Below are positions 14,504 through 28,393 of a stretch of DNA of 64,000 nucleotides, piece after piece. Source of the DNA: Octopus sinensis. Its lineage: Eukaryota. The notes under the pieces are model-generated. The model had not been told where the DNA came from, searched no databases, and saw only the letters and a program-made list of their open reading frames with translations. Made by a program: the position numbers and the translations under genes. Positions within the stretch are counted from its first letter, which is position 1, and every line of letters begins with the position of its first letter. Location of the stretch: NCBI RefSeq assembly GCF_006345805.1, contig NC_042997.1:5146001-5210000 (forward strand), given 5' to 3'.

Positions 14504-15753
14504 TCTTGTTGAGAAATTAAGTACCAGAAAAACATACAGACTGTATGTGAATATTTCAAAAAGCAATAAAGATTCAAGTTAATTTACAGATACACCTAAT
14601 TTTTTTGATATACCAATGGGTTCCAGTGATTCGGCTGAGGTAAACACCTAGTGGGCGCATATCTATTAAAATGCATAAGCAAGATATACCAGAAATACAG
14701 GGGGGTCTATATAGGGATGATGCTCTGTTTGTTATCCCTAGTATAATAAATCTGTTATAGAAAGGATTAAAGAAAATAATAAGTTCTTTAAGGATTTCAA
14801 CCTCAGTATAACGTATGAACCGGGCACTAAAATAGTTAACTTCCTAGATATTACGCTAGACCTTAACCCCAAGCTACATTACCCATTTAGAAAGGAAGGC
14901 GAAATCACGAATTACGTAAATAAATTATCAATCATCCCCCAAATATAATAGAATCTTTAGTAAGAAATATTTCATAAGAATTTCAAAATTATCATCCAAT
15001 AAGGATATATTTAACTCCCATTCTGAGCATTATAATGAGGCGTTAACTAAGGCTGGATACAACCAAAAGATTACATTCGTTGATAAGGGGAACTCACGTA
15101 TTCCTAATAATGAAGTTATCAGTAATCACGTAAGCAGCAATACAGACCAAGCCCGAAATAAAAGTAGAATTAAATTAATGGTAAACGCTAATCTAGCGTA
15201 CAGGCCCAACAATTCAAATAGAAGCATTGACCAGAACATAGGTAACTCGGATAATATTGAAGTAGATAACCTAAGATGCACATAAATAAAAATAAAAATA
15301 ATGGTAATAAATACAATAACTCCGGTGAGATGATAGTAGTAATTCTACGAACCCTAAATTTAATAAAAAGATATATTATGGCTGAATATCCCTTTCAACT
15401 GTGCGATACAATCGGATATACAGAACAAATTCAAAGTAATTCTGGAAAAAATTCCCTATCTCTCATAGATATCATAGAATTATATCTAGGAAAACAGTTA
15501 GGATTTCTTATTCACCCTCCCAAATATGTCCACTTTAATAGCTAAGATTAATAATAAAAACATTAAACTAGCCAGGAAAGATAGAAATAAAAATAATAAT
15601 CAGCATGAATACCAATAGCAATTATAATAATACTACCAACAATAAAAACAACAATAGTAACTATCAAAACATAGGTGAAATTAGTAACCACAGAATGACT
15701 AATAACATTAACATTAATAGTAATAATAACAATGCCGATATTAATAGATAGTA

Positions 15754-16452
15754 ATGTTTAATAATAGAAATAATAGATATAAGGCTAATGGAGAAAATAA
15801 GGAGAATGAAAATATCAGTGATATTTATAACAGCAATATGCAGTCGGATAAAAAGACTAACAATAATAGTAACGTTACCAATAATATAAGAAATCATGGT
15901 AGGACTTTAAACCTAAATGATGAAGCTGAAGGATCAATAAATAATAGCAATACTTTAGATATCAGCACCAACTATAGAAATGATAATCAAAATAATAGGA
16001 ACCTAAGACATCTACCCAAGAATAATCCAAAGCCTGAAGTTGCTCCTCCTGTGTGTAAGTGTAGAATAAAATCAAAGTGCCCGGCACCTGGTCTATGTGG
16101 GGAAAATAGTGTAATCTATAAATGTACCATATCCACGGAGAATAAAAAATATCTTTACGTTGGATGTACAATTAATTTTCTAGCCAGAGTTAGAAATCAC
16201 GACTCGTCCTTTAAATTACGTCATAAAGCTGGTACCACCACACTTTCAAACAAAATCTGGGAACTCAAAAATAATAATAAAAATTATAACCTTAATTGGG
16301 AAATAGTTAGGAGAGCAATTCCGTATAAAAATAGTAGGGTTGGTTGCCAACTATGCTCCATGGAGACGTATGAAATTCTAAAGCATAGAAAACATAGAAA
16401 CTTATTGAATAACCATATCGAACTAGGTCAAGTTTGTGTCCACGCTAATTGA
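15754..16452 (+). CDS. Asn-rich linker plus GIY-YIG endonuclease domain of the PLE (fragment of polyprotein)
   Basis: VIY...YVG motif, R..NH, 'TTLSNKIWELK', 'CQLCSME', 'LLNNHIE...CVH'. Confidence 0.8.
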   Translation: MFNNRNNRYKANGENKENENISDIYNSNMQSDKKTNNNSNVTNNIRNHGRTLNLNDEAEGSINNSNTLDISTNYRNDNQNNRNLRHLPKNNPKPEVAPPVCKCRIKSKCPAPGLCGENSVIYKCTISTENKKYLYVGCTINFLARVRNHDSSFKLRHKAGTTTLSNKIWELKNNNKNYNLNWEIVRRAIPYKNSRVGCQLCSMETYEILKHRKHRNLLNNHIELGQVCVHAN

Positions 16453-17920
16453 AGACTTTAAAATATTTTAAATGATTAGAATATCCGTAACTAGATAGAT
16501 AGATATAACTTGATTTCTACTAGTATAGCACTGCTTTAAGTAGATAACTAAGAGTTCTCGCACTACAGTTATCTTTTTCCTTATATCTGCATCAGTGTTT
16601 TTGAGAACAGGAAATGAATAGTACTTATACGCTGCTTAATTGAGGCTTTATTTAATTTCAAACTCATAAATTTTAAATTCTTAATTTTAAATCTTAATTG
16701 TAATTTTAAATTTTAATTCCTAACTTAATCTAATTTAAGTAGCATAACTCTAATAAAATAAAATGAGATACTATAGCCCCATAATTCTATTTCAAAATTA
16801 AATTTAAGGCTACCCCCTCGGTGATAATATGATTATCTTCATTATGATAGACAATCCCCTAACACCTTGTAATGATCTTCTAAGATTTGACCTGTAGTCC
16901 GTCAATGTATGAATAATAACGGCAACTCCTTAAGACAATAAAATGAATAAATTAAATAAGTAAGTTTTATTGACTTTTGATAAGATTATACTTAGATTTT
17001 CCTAATGTATTTTTTTTTGATTTTAGCATCTGACCCCTAAACCCCTGACTGTGTTATCTCTTTAGATTCTCTTTAAATTCATAGCTGATTTCAACAGCAA
17101 TAATTAGCTGTTTTACGGCCAAAGAATAATATTTCTTCTAGTTCCTAGATGCCTGTAAATTAAAACCAGACTTGCCGTCTACTAATTCTTCTGTATAACT
17201 AGAACCCTCTTTTTTATTTTTATTTTTTCCCTTCTTTCCCTATTTCTTTCTCTTTTCTCTTTTTTCTGTTTCTTCTTCTTATTCTCTTTTTCCTTTTCTC
17301 TTCTCTTTTAGTCCCCTCCCCCCCTTTTTTGCTCCCTCCTCCTTTATTTTCTCTCTTTTCTTCTATTCCCTTCCCTTCTATTCTTGGCCTGTCTAGAAAG
17401 CCCTTCAGCCTTAAAAGTAAATAGCTATACAGCCTCTTGTAAATAGCAGTAATGTGATTAATGTGGCAAATACCTAATCATATAACAAGAATTGATACCT
17501 ACCTCATTGTGTTCAACCATTGATAATTTATCGCCTGTGAATATGAAATTCCTCTTCATTCTCTGGAAACTTACATCTACACCATTGGAAATTGTGCATC
17601 TATACAAGGATTAATTCACCCTCTCTGTAATGCTAATAAGCAGGAATTGAGACCCACCTCGTTGTGATTAACAATGGATAAATTTGTCTTCTGTGAGTAT
17701 GTAATCCCTCATCATATCTCTGGAAATTCATATGTGCTCTATGATTAGGTCACCTTCTCTGTGATGCTATTAGAACTTTTTTTAAAATTCTGTGATAAGA
17801 TTGTACATCATCTTTAAAGAACTTTAATGAACTTTGGAAATCTGTTTATGTTACTTAATTATCTACATTACTTCATGAGTATAGCCTCAACCACTAGGAT
17901 GTCTAGAGAACTCACATGTA

Positions 17921-18011
17921 TTTTAGCTGATGAGTACGGGACACGTTTAGATGCTGTAATTTTTACAACTTTTAATAAAGCCTGTCCTTGTATGAAACGA
18001 TTGTACTAAAA
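17921..18011 (+). ncRNA. Type I hammerhead ribozyme (mirror copy); predicted cleavage after GTA at 18005
   Basis: ttttag-CTGATGA-stem II-GAAA-cgattg-TA-ctaaaa. Confidence 0.85.
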
Positions 18012-18274
18012 ACCTATCCATTCTTGTTGCTACTTTCTCGCTATATATATATATAAATTAATAAATAAATAAAACATTTGCATATATAAATACATATATG
18101 TACGTACCTACCTCTACATGTATATATACATGCATATATGGGTACAGGATATCAAAAACAAACCTCGAACAAAATGAGAAACGAAAACATAAACACAAAA
18201 CCAAGGAAATGGACATTTTTGTTAAACAACGAAAAAATAGAGTACAGGACATACAAAACAAGTTAAATTCCCCT

Positions 18275-18351
18275 TCTTCAGTCGCCTTTGTTTCATCTAC
18301 TCCACGTTTCGAAGGCCAAGGCGATACATGACTTTAATGAAACTTTCATTC
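18275..18351 (-). ncRNA. Rearranged hammerhead-like motif A, unit 1 (one stem II mismatch)
   Basis: As 30249-30325 but GAATG in place of GAAGG. Confidence 0.55.
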
Positions 18352-18846
18352 CCGCGAAAATCAAATTCAATAAAATTTGAGATTTTTTGGCGAAGGGGTA
18401 AAAATGGTAACAAAAACAGTACAGTAACGACAGTACAACATATGAACAGTAAAACACAGGTCGCAGAGAATAACAGTAACACAGACAAGAAGAGCTGTTA
18501 AGCCGAACGAGATAAAATTTTTTACGAACGCTATTTTTTGAGAACGGCGAGGGAGCAACAGATGGGCCGTCTCGACTTAAAGGGAGCCAAGAGAAGAAAG
18601 ACAGTAGTAGCTTTCTCATCACGTGTCCGCGACGGGAGGGAGGAGAAGAAGTAAGAGAAAGGGAGAGAATCAAGGAATGGTTAGAGAAAAGAATGAAGAA
18701 TGAGAGAGAGAGGGGGGAGAGACAGTAAAGTAGAAGAAAAGAAAAGCCAAAAGAATGAAGGCTGAGAAAGGGAGGAAGAGCGAAAGGTTAAGAGTGCACA
18801 TCATTATTAATATTAGGAACAATCTTACTTAGAAATGGATGCGTGC

Positions 18847-18910
<64 letters not shown>

Positions 18911-19643
18911 ATATATATATATATATATATAGCTAGCTAGCTTCTAGATAGATAGATAGGAAGTAGAGAGATAGAGATATATAGATATGGATATTGATAA
19001 CAAGCAGAGATAACAGGCGTTGCTCGGGATTAAATGCCATAGGTTGTATTTATATATATATATATATTGCAGTTATTTTGAAACAGGTGATACTGGAAAG
19101 TGTAGCATTGGGGACAAAATATTTGTGGAGTAAATATTCGACTAAGAGTCATAAAATACGTACGTGTGGAGGATTCCATGCCCTAAACTATCTTGGAAAA
19201 ATTTTGTGTTCTGGGGTTATATAAGTTTTCAACCCACGGAAAAGCTTCTCAGTGGATATACTCGTCTTCGAGGCGGTAAGCACTGCGTCTAACACGTCCC
19301 ATCGCATGGTTAAAAGTCAAATGAATGGAGGTGTTTGAATATTGTACGTAAATTGGTACATTTCGAAAATGGCTGCAATCGGAGACGGCAACGACGAAGT
19401 TAAATGTTGAAATGTTGCAGAAGATCATGGGCTGACACTGGATTGGTGATGTGGCTGTAGAATAAGGAACATAAAGTGAGCCTATGTTGTCACGAGAATA
19501 TGTAGCAATGAATTACGCGAAAAAATAAGGCGTAGTATGTATATAGTATATCTGTATTTTTATATGCAGTGTAAATTAACGAAATATACGTAAAGAATAC
19601 ATTTACGCATGTCAGTCGTCACATATGTATATGTATGTGTAGA

Positions 19644-19694
<51 letters not shown>

Positions 19695-21064
19695 GTGTTT
19701 AATAAAATACCCAAAACGGAAAGACACCCACCATGAGACACATACAGACTCATACACTTACACACATACTCTCACAGACATATACAAAATGTGGTGTTGT
19801 TGTGGTATAAAATATTCTGTGGACAATAGAAAGATTATCTCTATGAAATGTTATATTGTTTAAATGGAGATTAAAATATTGGAAATGAAACTAAAATTTC
19901 GTATTGACACTGATCAGCACTTACAAACAGATAGTGTGTATGGTAACATACCTAAAGCAGAAAGACACACACTTTGGGACATATGCACAGCCATACACAG
20001 ATATATACAGATACAGTAACAAACATCAGAAGAAATTGACGTGATTGTGTGTATGTGTGTGTGTGTGTGTGAGGGAAAGAGAGAGAGCGAGTGAAGTGTT
20101 GTGCTCTCATGTATAATACATACCTAAATAACAAGACATAATATTTCTTGTATGCATGTGTGTGTGAGAGAGAGATTACCACTTAGACCTAAGTCGCTCT
20201 CTCGCATACAAAAAGGATGTATGCATATGTATTTATATTGTACGTATACATGACAACACACCCCTTCACCCACTCACACAGGCATATAAATATATACACG
20301 CACATGCAAAACATACGTGTGCGGGTTTGACTGACACAAATACATAGAGATGAACACGGCGTGAAAACAAAAGAAAATTGTTCCATGGAGATTAACGAAG
20401 CGTGCGACTTCAAGCAAAATAATGCCTATAATCTTTGGACAACCCATGTCGAATTGCAAAATTTTAACGTGATATTAGTGTAATAAAGAAATCAAATCTG
20501 GAGTATGTTCTGGTGTGTGTGAGAGAGAGAGAGGGAAGTAGAGAGGTAGAGAGAGGGAGAGAGAGAAAACTTTGCAAACAATGAATGAGATAGACATAGG
20601 ATGAAAAAGTCCTATAAATAAATGCACGTTAAAAACTATCATTTACCGAATATTTAAAATTGTGTAAATATTTCTTTCAGTAATGTATCGTAGTTCTTTA
20701 CAAATAGCGAATGAAAACTCGAAACGAAGACATAAACGTTAGACAGTGATAGACTTCGCCTTTTTTACGTCAATACTGGAAGTTGATATTGACAAACCAT
20801 TTAAAGAAGTGAATCATCAATATAAAACAATATTGTTTATTTAAAACAAAAAACTAAATGAAAAGTCGATTATTTGTCGGAGGTGGAATTATTCATCACC
20901 ACAAGTATTAAAGCAACTGGTGAAGACGATTTCGAGCAAAAAGTGAATACACACGCATCACTATGTTATATGTTTTATATATGAAGTACAAAATAGGACA
21001 AGAAAGCAAAACATCCAGATATACAATACAAAGAAAACAAGGACGGGTCATTCGGAGTTATCTT

Positions 21065-21136
21065 TCCTCAGTCGAGTTCCAGATTATCATGCAATTTCGG
21101 CTGGTTATACGCGAGATTTGTCCAATCTGTTCAACC
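21065..21136 (-). ncRNA. Rearranged hammerhead-like motif B, unit 1 (partly decayed)
   Basis: As 33020-33091 but ggttgaacagatt weakens two helices. Confidence 0.45.
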
Positions 21137-21182
21137 TCAAAATAAAGTAATCTAAGAGCATTGTTTCTACATCTATATCTGA

Positions 21183-21214
<32 letters not shown>

Positions 21215-21229
21215 GTATATTATACATAG

Positions 21230-21282
<53 letters not shown>

Positions 21283-21287
21283 CATAC

Positions 21288-21333
<46 letters not shown>

Positions 21334-21467
21334 TAATAAATAAATAAAACATATGCATATATAAATACATATATGTACGTACCTACCTCTACATGTATAT
21401 ATACATGCATATATGGGTACAGGACATCAAAAACAAACATCGAACAAAATGAGAAACGAAAACATAG

Positions 21468-21529
<62 letters not shown>

Positions 21530-21541
21530 TACATGTAAATA

Positions 21542-21572
<31 letters not shown>

Positions 21573-21814
21573 TATAATATATATATATATATATAAATTA
21601 ATAAATAAATAAAACATATGCATATATAAATACATATATGTACGTACCTACCTCTACATGTATATATACATGCATATATGGGTACAGGACATCAAAAACA
21701 AACCTCGAACAAAATGAGAAACGAAAACATAAACACAAAACCAAGGAAATTGACATTTTTGTTAAACAACGAAAAAATAGACTACAGGACATACAAAACA
21801 AGTTAAATTCCCCT

Positions 21815-21891
21815 TCTTCAGTCGCCTTTGTTTCATCTACTCCACGTTTGGAAGGCCAAGGCGATACATGACTTTAATGAAACTTTCCTTC
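21815..21891 (-). ncRNA. Rearranged hammerhead-like motif A, unit 2 (GAAA to CAAA, likely inactive)
   Basis: All four helices intact, G12 mutated. Confidence 0.5.
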
Positions 21892-22387
21892 CCGCGAAAA
21901 TCAAATTCAATAAAATTTGAGATTTTTTGGCGGAGGGGTAAAAATGGTAACAAAAACAGTACAGTAACGACAGTACAACATATGAACAGTAAAACACAGG
22001 TCGCAGAGAATAACAGTAACACAAATAAGAAGAGCTGTTAAGCCGAACGATATAAAATTTTTTACGAACGCTATTTTTTGAGAACGGCGAGGGAGCAACA
22101 GATTGGCCGTCTCGACTTAAAGGTAGCCAGGAGAAGAAAGACAGTAGTAGCTTTCTCATCACGTGTCCGCGACGGGATGGAGGAGAAGAAGTAAGAGAAA
22201 GGGAGAGAAACAAGGAATGGTTGTAGAGAAAAGAATGAAGAATGAGAGAGAGAGGGGGAGAGACTGTAAGGTAGAAGGAAAGAAAAGCCAAAAGAATGAA
22301 GGCTGAGAAAGGGAGGAAGAGCGAAAGGTTAAGAGTGCACATCATTATTAATATTAAGAACACTCTTACTTAGAAATGGATGCGTGC

Positions 22388-22427
<40 letters not shown>

Positions 22428-23151
22428 CTAGCTAGCTTCTAGATAGATAGATAGGAAGTTAGAGAGATAGAGATAGAGATATATAGATATGGGTATTGAT
22501 AACAAGCAGAGATAACAGGCGTTGCTCGGGATTAAAATGGCATAGGTTGTATTTATATATATATATATATATTGCAGTTATTTTGAAACAGGTGATACTG
22601 GAAAGTGTAGCATTGGGGACAAAATATTTGTGGAGTAAATATTCGACTAAGAGTCATAAAATACGTACGTGTGGAGGATTCCATGCCCTAAACTATCTTG
22701 GAAAAATTTTGTGTTCTGGGGTTATATAAGTTTTCAACCCACGGAAAAGCTTCTCAGTGGATATACTCGTCTTCGAGGCGGTAAGCACTGCGTCTAACAC
22801 GTCCCATCGCATGGTTAAAAGTTAAATGAATGGAGGTGTAATGAAGATATTGTACGTAAATTGGTACATTTCGAAAATGGCTGCAATCGGAGACGGCAAC
22901 GACGAAGTTAAATGTTGAAATGTTGCAGAAGATGATGGGCTGACACTGGATTGGTGATGTGGCTGTAGAATAAGGAACATAAAGTGAGCCTATGTTGTCA
23001 CGAGAATATGTAGCAATGAATTACGCGAAAAAATAAGGCGTAGTATGTATATAGTATATCTGTATTTTTATATGCAGTGTAAATTAACGAAATATACGTA
23101 AAGAATACATTTACGCATGTCAGTCGTCACATATGTATATGTATGTGTAGA

Positions 23152-23192
<41 letters not shown>

Positions 23193-24569
23193 GTGTTTAA
23201 TAAAATACCCAAAGCGGAAAGACACCCACCATGAGACACATACAGACTCATACACTTACACACATACTCTCACAGACATATACAAAATGTGGTGTTGTTG
23301 TGGTATAAAATATTCTGTTGACAATTGAAAGATTATCTCTATGAAATGTTATATTGTTTAAATGGAGATTAAAATATTGGAAATGAAACTAAAATTTCGT
23401 ATTGACACTGATCAGCACTTACAAACAGATAGTGTGTATGGTAACATACCTAAAGCAGAAAGACACACACTTTGGGACATATGCACAGCCATACACAGAT
23501 ATATACAGATACAGTAACAAACATCAGAAGAAATTGACGTGATTGTGTGTATGTGTGTGTGTGTGTGTGTGAGGGAAAGAGAGAGAGCGAGTGAAGTGTT
23601 GTGCTCTCATGTATAATACATACCTAAATAACAAGACATAATATTTCTTGTATGCATGTGTGTGTGAGAGAGAGATTACCACTTAGACCTAAGTCGCTCT
23701 CTCGCATACAAAAAAGATGTATGCATATGTATATATATATGTACGTATACATGACAACACACCCCTTCACCCACTCACACAGGCATATAAATATATACAA
23801 GCGCACATGCAAAAACATACGTGTGCGGGTTTGACTGACTACAAATACATAGAGATGAACACGGCGTGAAAACAAAAGAAAATTGTTCCATGGAGATTAA
23901 CGAAGCGTGCGACTTCAAGCAAAATAATGCCTATAATCTTTGGACGACCCATGTCGAATTGCAAAATTTTAACGTGATATTAGTGTAATAAAGAAATCAA
24001 ATCTGGAGTATGTGTCTGTGTGTGTGTGAGAGAGAGAGAGAAGTAGAGAGGTAGAGAGGGAGAGAGACAAAACTTTGCAAACAATGAATGAGATAGACAT
24101 AGGATGAAAAAGTCCTATAAATAAATGCACGTTAAAAACTATCATTTACCGAATATTTAAAATTTTGTAAATATTTCTCTCAGTAATGTATCGTAGTTCT
24201 TTACAAATAGCGAATGAAAACTCGAAACGAAGACATAAACGTTAGACAGTGATAGACTTCGCCTTTTTTACGTCAATACTGGAAGTTGATATTGACAATC
24301 CATTTAAAGAAGTGAATCATCAATATAAAACAATATTGTTTATTTAAAACAAAAAACTAAATGAAAAGTCGATTATTTGTCGGAGGTGGAATTATTCATC
24401 ATCACAAGTATTAAAGCAACTGGTGAAGACGATTTCGAGCAAAAAGTGAATACACACGCATCACTATGTTATATGTTTTATATATGAAAAGTACAATATA
24501 GGACAAGAAAGCAAAACATCCAGATATACAATACAAAGAAAACAAGGACGGGTCATTCGGAGTTATCTT

Positions 24570-24641
24570 TCCTCAGTCGAATTCCAGATTATCATGCAAT
24601 TTCGGCTGGTTATACGCGAGATTTGTCCAATCTGTTCAACC
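24570..24641 (-). ncRNA. Rearranged hammerhead-like motif B, unit 2 (decayed)
   Basis: Copy of 33020-33091 with extra mismatches. Confidence 0.4.
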
Positions 24642-24695
24642 TCAAAATAAAGTAATCTAAGAGCATTGTTTCTACATCTATATCTGAATATATAT

Positions 24696-24819
<124 letters not shown>

Positions 24820-25249
24820 GACATACATATATATATATTAGAAATGTATGTATTAGAAATAGCTTTAAAAAAGTTTTTTAGCTGCTATTTCTAATGAGTT
24901 CAGTATGCGGCAAAGTAATTTATTTTACTAAGCCCTTTTATATAATGTAATAATTTGAATTCGCCTTGAATGGTCCCTTTGCATACTGAACACTTGGTGA
25001 AATTGATTAATAATTAATTAATTTTGCCCTCAATTGTTGAAATTATAATTAATCTCCCTCTGATTAATGCTTCGGATTTTACCGAAATAAGCATTGTGTT
25101 TGATGATTTTAACCCACGCTGGTGGAAAGGGGAGAACAGAGATTCTTCGCTTGCTTATTTGAATTTGTTGGCACTGTTAGTTGGGAGCAGATCTTCGAAA
25201 GGGTATGTTCTTATTTTCAGTGTTTCCAAATCCAAACCAAGGAAATTCT

Positions 25250-25299
25250 GAGCCGATGATAGAAATGTTGTTTTGACTAATCTTGAAACGTACGTTCTC
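25250..25299 (+). ncRNA. Minimal type I hammerhead (U4C core, palindromic stem III)
   Basis: gag-CCGATGA-taga...tctt-GAAA-cgtacg-TT-ctc. Confidence 0.65.
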
Positions 25300-25794
25300 G
25301 AATAACCTTAGCATTTGATTTTTCGATGTCCTTACCCCCAAACTTTTGTGAGTTGAATTAAGCAACACTATATATGATGAGAGAGATTTTCTTTAAGTAT
25401 TAGAAATAGTTTTAAAAAAGTTTTTTAGCTGCTATTTCTAATGAGTTCAGTATGCGGCAAAGTAATTTATTTTACTATGCCCTTTTATATAATGTAATAT
25501 TTGAATTCGCCTTGAATGGTCCCTTTGCATACTGAACACTGGTGAAATTGATTAATAATTAATTAATTTTGCCCTCAATTGTTGAAATTATTAATTAATC
25601 TCCCTCTGATTAATGCTTCGGATTTTACCGAAATAAGCATAGTGTTTGATGATTTTAACCCACGCTGGTGGAAAGGGGAGAACAGAGATTCTTCGCTTGC
25701 TTATTTGAATTTGTTGGCACTGTAGTTGGGAGCAGATCTTCGAAAGGGTATGTTCTTATTTTCAGTGTTTCCAAATCCAAACCAAGGAATTTCT

Positions 25795-25844
25795 GAGCCG
25801 ATGATAGAAATGTTGTTTTGACTAATCTTGAAACGTACGTTCTC
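25795..25844 (+). ncRNA. Minimal type I hammerhead, copy 2
   Basis: Same motif as 25250-25299. Confidence 0.65.
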
Positions 25845-26334
25845 GAATAACTTAGCATTTGATTTTTCGATGTCCTTACCCCCAAACTTTTCTGAGTTGA
25901 ATTAAGCAAACACTATATATGAGAGAGATTTTCTTAAGTATTAGAAATGGCTTTAAAAAAGTTTTTTAGCTGCTATTTCTAATGAGTTCAGTATGCGGCA
26001 AAGTAATTTATTTTACTAAGCCCTTTTATATAATGTAATAATTGAATTCGCCTTGAATGGTCCCTTTGCATACTGAACACTGGTGAAATTGATTAATAAT
26101 TAATTTATTTTGCCCTCAATTGTTGAAATTATAATTAATCTCCCTCTGATTAATGCTTCGGATTTTACCGAAATAAGCATAGTGTTTGATGATTTTAACC
26201 CACGCTGGTGGAAAGGGGAGAACAGAGATTCTTCGCTTGCTTATTTGAATTTGTTGGCACTGTTAGTTGGGAGCAGATCTTCGAAAGGGTATGTTCTTAT
26301 TTTCAGTGTTCCAAATCCAAACCAAGGAATTTCT

Positions 26335-26384
26335 GAGCCGATGATAGAAATGTTGTTTTGACTAATCTTGAAACGTACGTTCTC
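26335..26384 (+). ncRNA. Minimal type I hammerhead, copy 3
   Basis: Same motif as 25250-25299. Confidence 0.65.
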
Positions 26385-26671
26385 GAATAACCTTAGCATT
26401 TGATTTTTCTATGTCCTTACCCCCAAACTTTTGTGAGTTGAATTAAGCAAACACTATATATGAGAGATATTTTCTTTAAGTATTAGAAATAGTTTTAAAA
26501 AGTTTTTTAGCTGCTATTTCTAATGAGTTCAGTATGCGGCAAAGTAATTTATTTTACTAAGCCCTTTTATATAATGTAATAATTTGAATTCGCCTTGAAT
26601 GGTCCCTTTGCATACTGAACACTTGGTGAAATGATTAATAATTAATTAATTTTGCCCTCAATTGTTGAAAT

Positions 26672-26705
<34 letters not shown>

Positions 26706-26721
26706 TATAACATACATAAAA

Positions 26722-26795
<74 letters not shown>

Positions 26796-27020
26796 TATAT
26801 ATAATTAATAAATAAATAAAACATATGCATATATAAAAACATATATGTACGTACCTACCTCTACATGTATATATATATGCATATATGGGTACAGGACATC
26901 AAAAACAAACCTCGAACAAAATGAGAAACGGAAACATAAACACAAAACCAAGGAAATGGACATTTTTGTTAAACAACGAAAAAATAGACTACAGGACATA
27001 CAAAACAAGTTAAATTCCCC

Positions 27021-27097
27021 TCTTCAGTCGCCTTTGTTTCATCTACTCCACGTTTGGAAGGCCAAGGCGATACATGACTTTAATGAAACTTTCCTTC
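27021..27097 (-). ncRNA. Rearranged hammerhead-like motif A, unit 3 (GAAA to CAAA)
   Basis: Copy of 30249-30325 with G12 mutated. Confidence 0.5.
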
Positions 27098-27590
27098 CCG
27101 CGAAAATCAAATTCAATAAAATTTGAGATTTTTTGGCGGAGGGGTAAAAATGGTAACAAAAACAGTACAGTAACGACAGTACACATATGAACAGTAAAAC
27201 ACAGGTCGCAGAGAATAACAGTAACACAAACAAGAAGAGCTGTTAAGCCGAACGATATAAAATTTTTACGAACGCTATTTTTGAGAACGGCGAGGGAGCA
27301 ACAGATTGGCCGTCTCGACTTAAAGGTAGCCAGGAGAAGAAAGACAGTAGTAGCTTTCTCATCACGTGTCCGCGACGGGATGGAGGAGAAGAAGTAAGAG
27401 AAAGGGAGAGAAACAAGGAATGGTTGTAGAGAAAAGAATGAAGAATGAGAGAGAGAGGGGGAGAGACAGTAAGGTAGAAGGAAAGAAAAGCCAAAAGAAT
27501 GAAGGCTGAGAAAGGGAGGAAGAGCGAAAGGTTAAGAGTGCACATCATTATTAATATTAAGAACACTCTTACTTAGAAATGGATGCGTGC

Positions 27591-27622
<32 letters not shown>

Positions 27623-28350
27623 CTAGCTAGCTTCTAGATAGATAGATAGGAAGTTAGAGAGATAGAGATAGAGATATATAGATATGGGTATTGATAACAA
27701 GCAGAGATAACAGGCGTTGCTCGGGATTAAAATGGCATAGGTTGTATTTATATATATATATATATATATATTGCAGTTATTTTGAAACAGGTGATACTGG
27801 AAAGTGTAGCATTGGGGACAAAATATTTGTGGAGTAAATATTCGACTAATAGTCATAAAATACGTACGTGTGGAGGATTCCATGCCCTAAACTATCTTGG
27901 AAAAATTTTGTGTTCTGGGGTTATATAAGTTTTCAACCCACGGAAAAGCTTCTCAGTGGATATACTCGTCTTCGAGGCGGTAAGCAATGCGTCTAACACG
28001 TCCCATCACATGGTTAAAAGTCAAATGAATGGAGGTGTAATGAAGATATTGTACGTAAATTGGTACATTTCGAAAATGGCTGCAATCGGAGATGGCAACG
28101 ACGAAGTTAAATGTTGAAATGTTGCAGAAGATGATGGGCTGACACTGGATTGGTGATGTGGCTGTAGAATAAGGAACATAAAGTGAGCCTATGTTGTCAC
28201 GAGAATATGTAGCAATGAATTACGCGAAAAAATAAGGCGTAGTATGTATATAGTATATCTGTATTTTTATATGCAGTGTAAATTAACGAAATATACGTAA
28301 AGAATACATTTACGCATGTCAGTCGTCACATATGTATATGTATGTGTAGA

Positions 28351-28393
<43 letters not shown>

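Larger units (their letters stand above)
9989..14585 (-). mobile_element. Full-length-like Penelope-like retroelement (YRDD RT, C-terminal GIY-YIG; possibly Nematis-like)
   Basis: 29-bp terminal direct repeat caaaaagcaataaagattcaagttaattt at 9989-10017 and 14557-14585; RT and EN coding pieces; ~1.7-kb 3' region with HHR; ends in (TA)n. Confidence 0.85.
14587..18042 (+). mobile_element. 5'-truncated inverted copy of the same PLE (mirror of 10107-13572)
   Basis: Near-identical reverse complement; begins inside RT (DTPNFFDIPMG...GGLYRDDALF) and ends in (TA)n. Confidence 0.9.
24851..26673 (+). repeat. ~540-bp tandem array (about 3.35 units) with one HHR per full unit; retrozyme/pLTR-like
   Basis: Units start ~24851, 25398, 25939, 26481; flanked by (TA)n; no meaningful ORF. 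Confidence 0.9.

Noticed and set aside
18058-18673. Recurring 60-176 aa ORFs in each macro-unit as a tandem gene family
   Set aside because: They recur only because the DNA is duplicated; frames break between copies and composition reflects purine/pyrimidine tracts
18999-19028. Helitron-like 3' end (aacaagcag...ggcgttgctcggg) in each macro-unit as a driver of rolling-circle amplification
   Set aside because: CTAG and the hairpin are degenerate, and the array boundaries do not coincide with this site
24385-24410. C-box-like TGATGA on the minus strand in macro-units (snoRNA candidate)
   Set aside because: No suitably placed CTGA D box or terminal stem seen
24851-26673. CRISPR-like or rDNA/snRNA array interpretation of the tandem repeats
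   Set aside because: No unique spacers, and no recognisable 5S, snRNA or tRNA sequence
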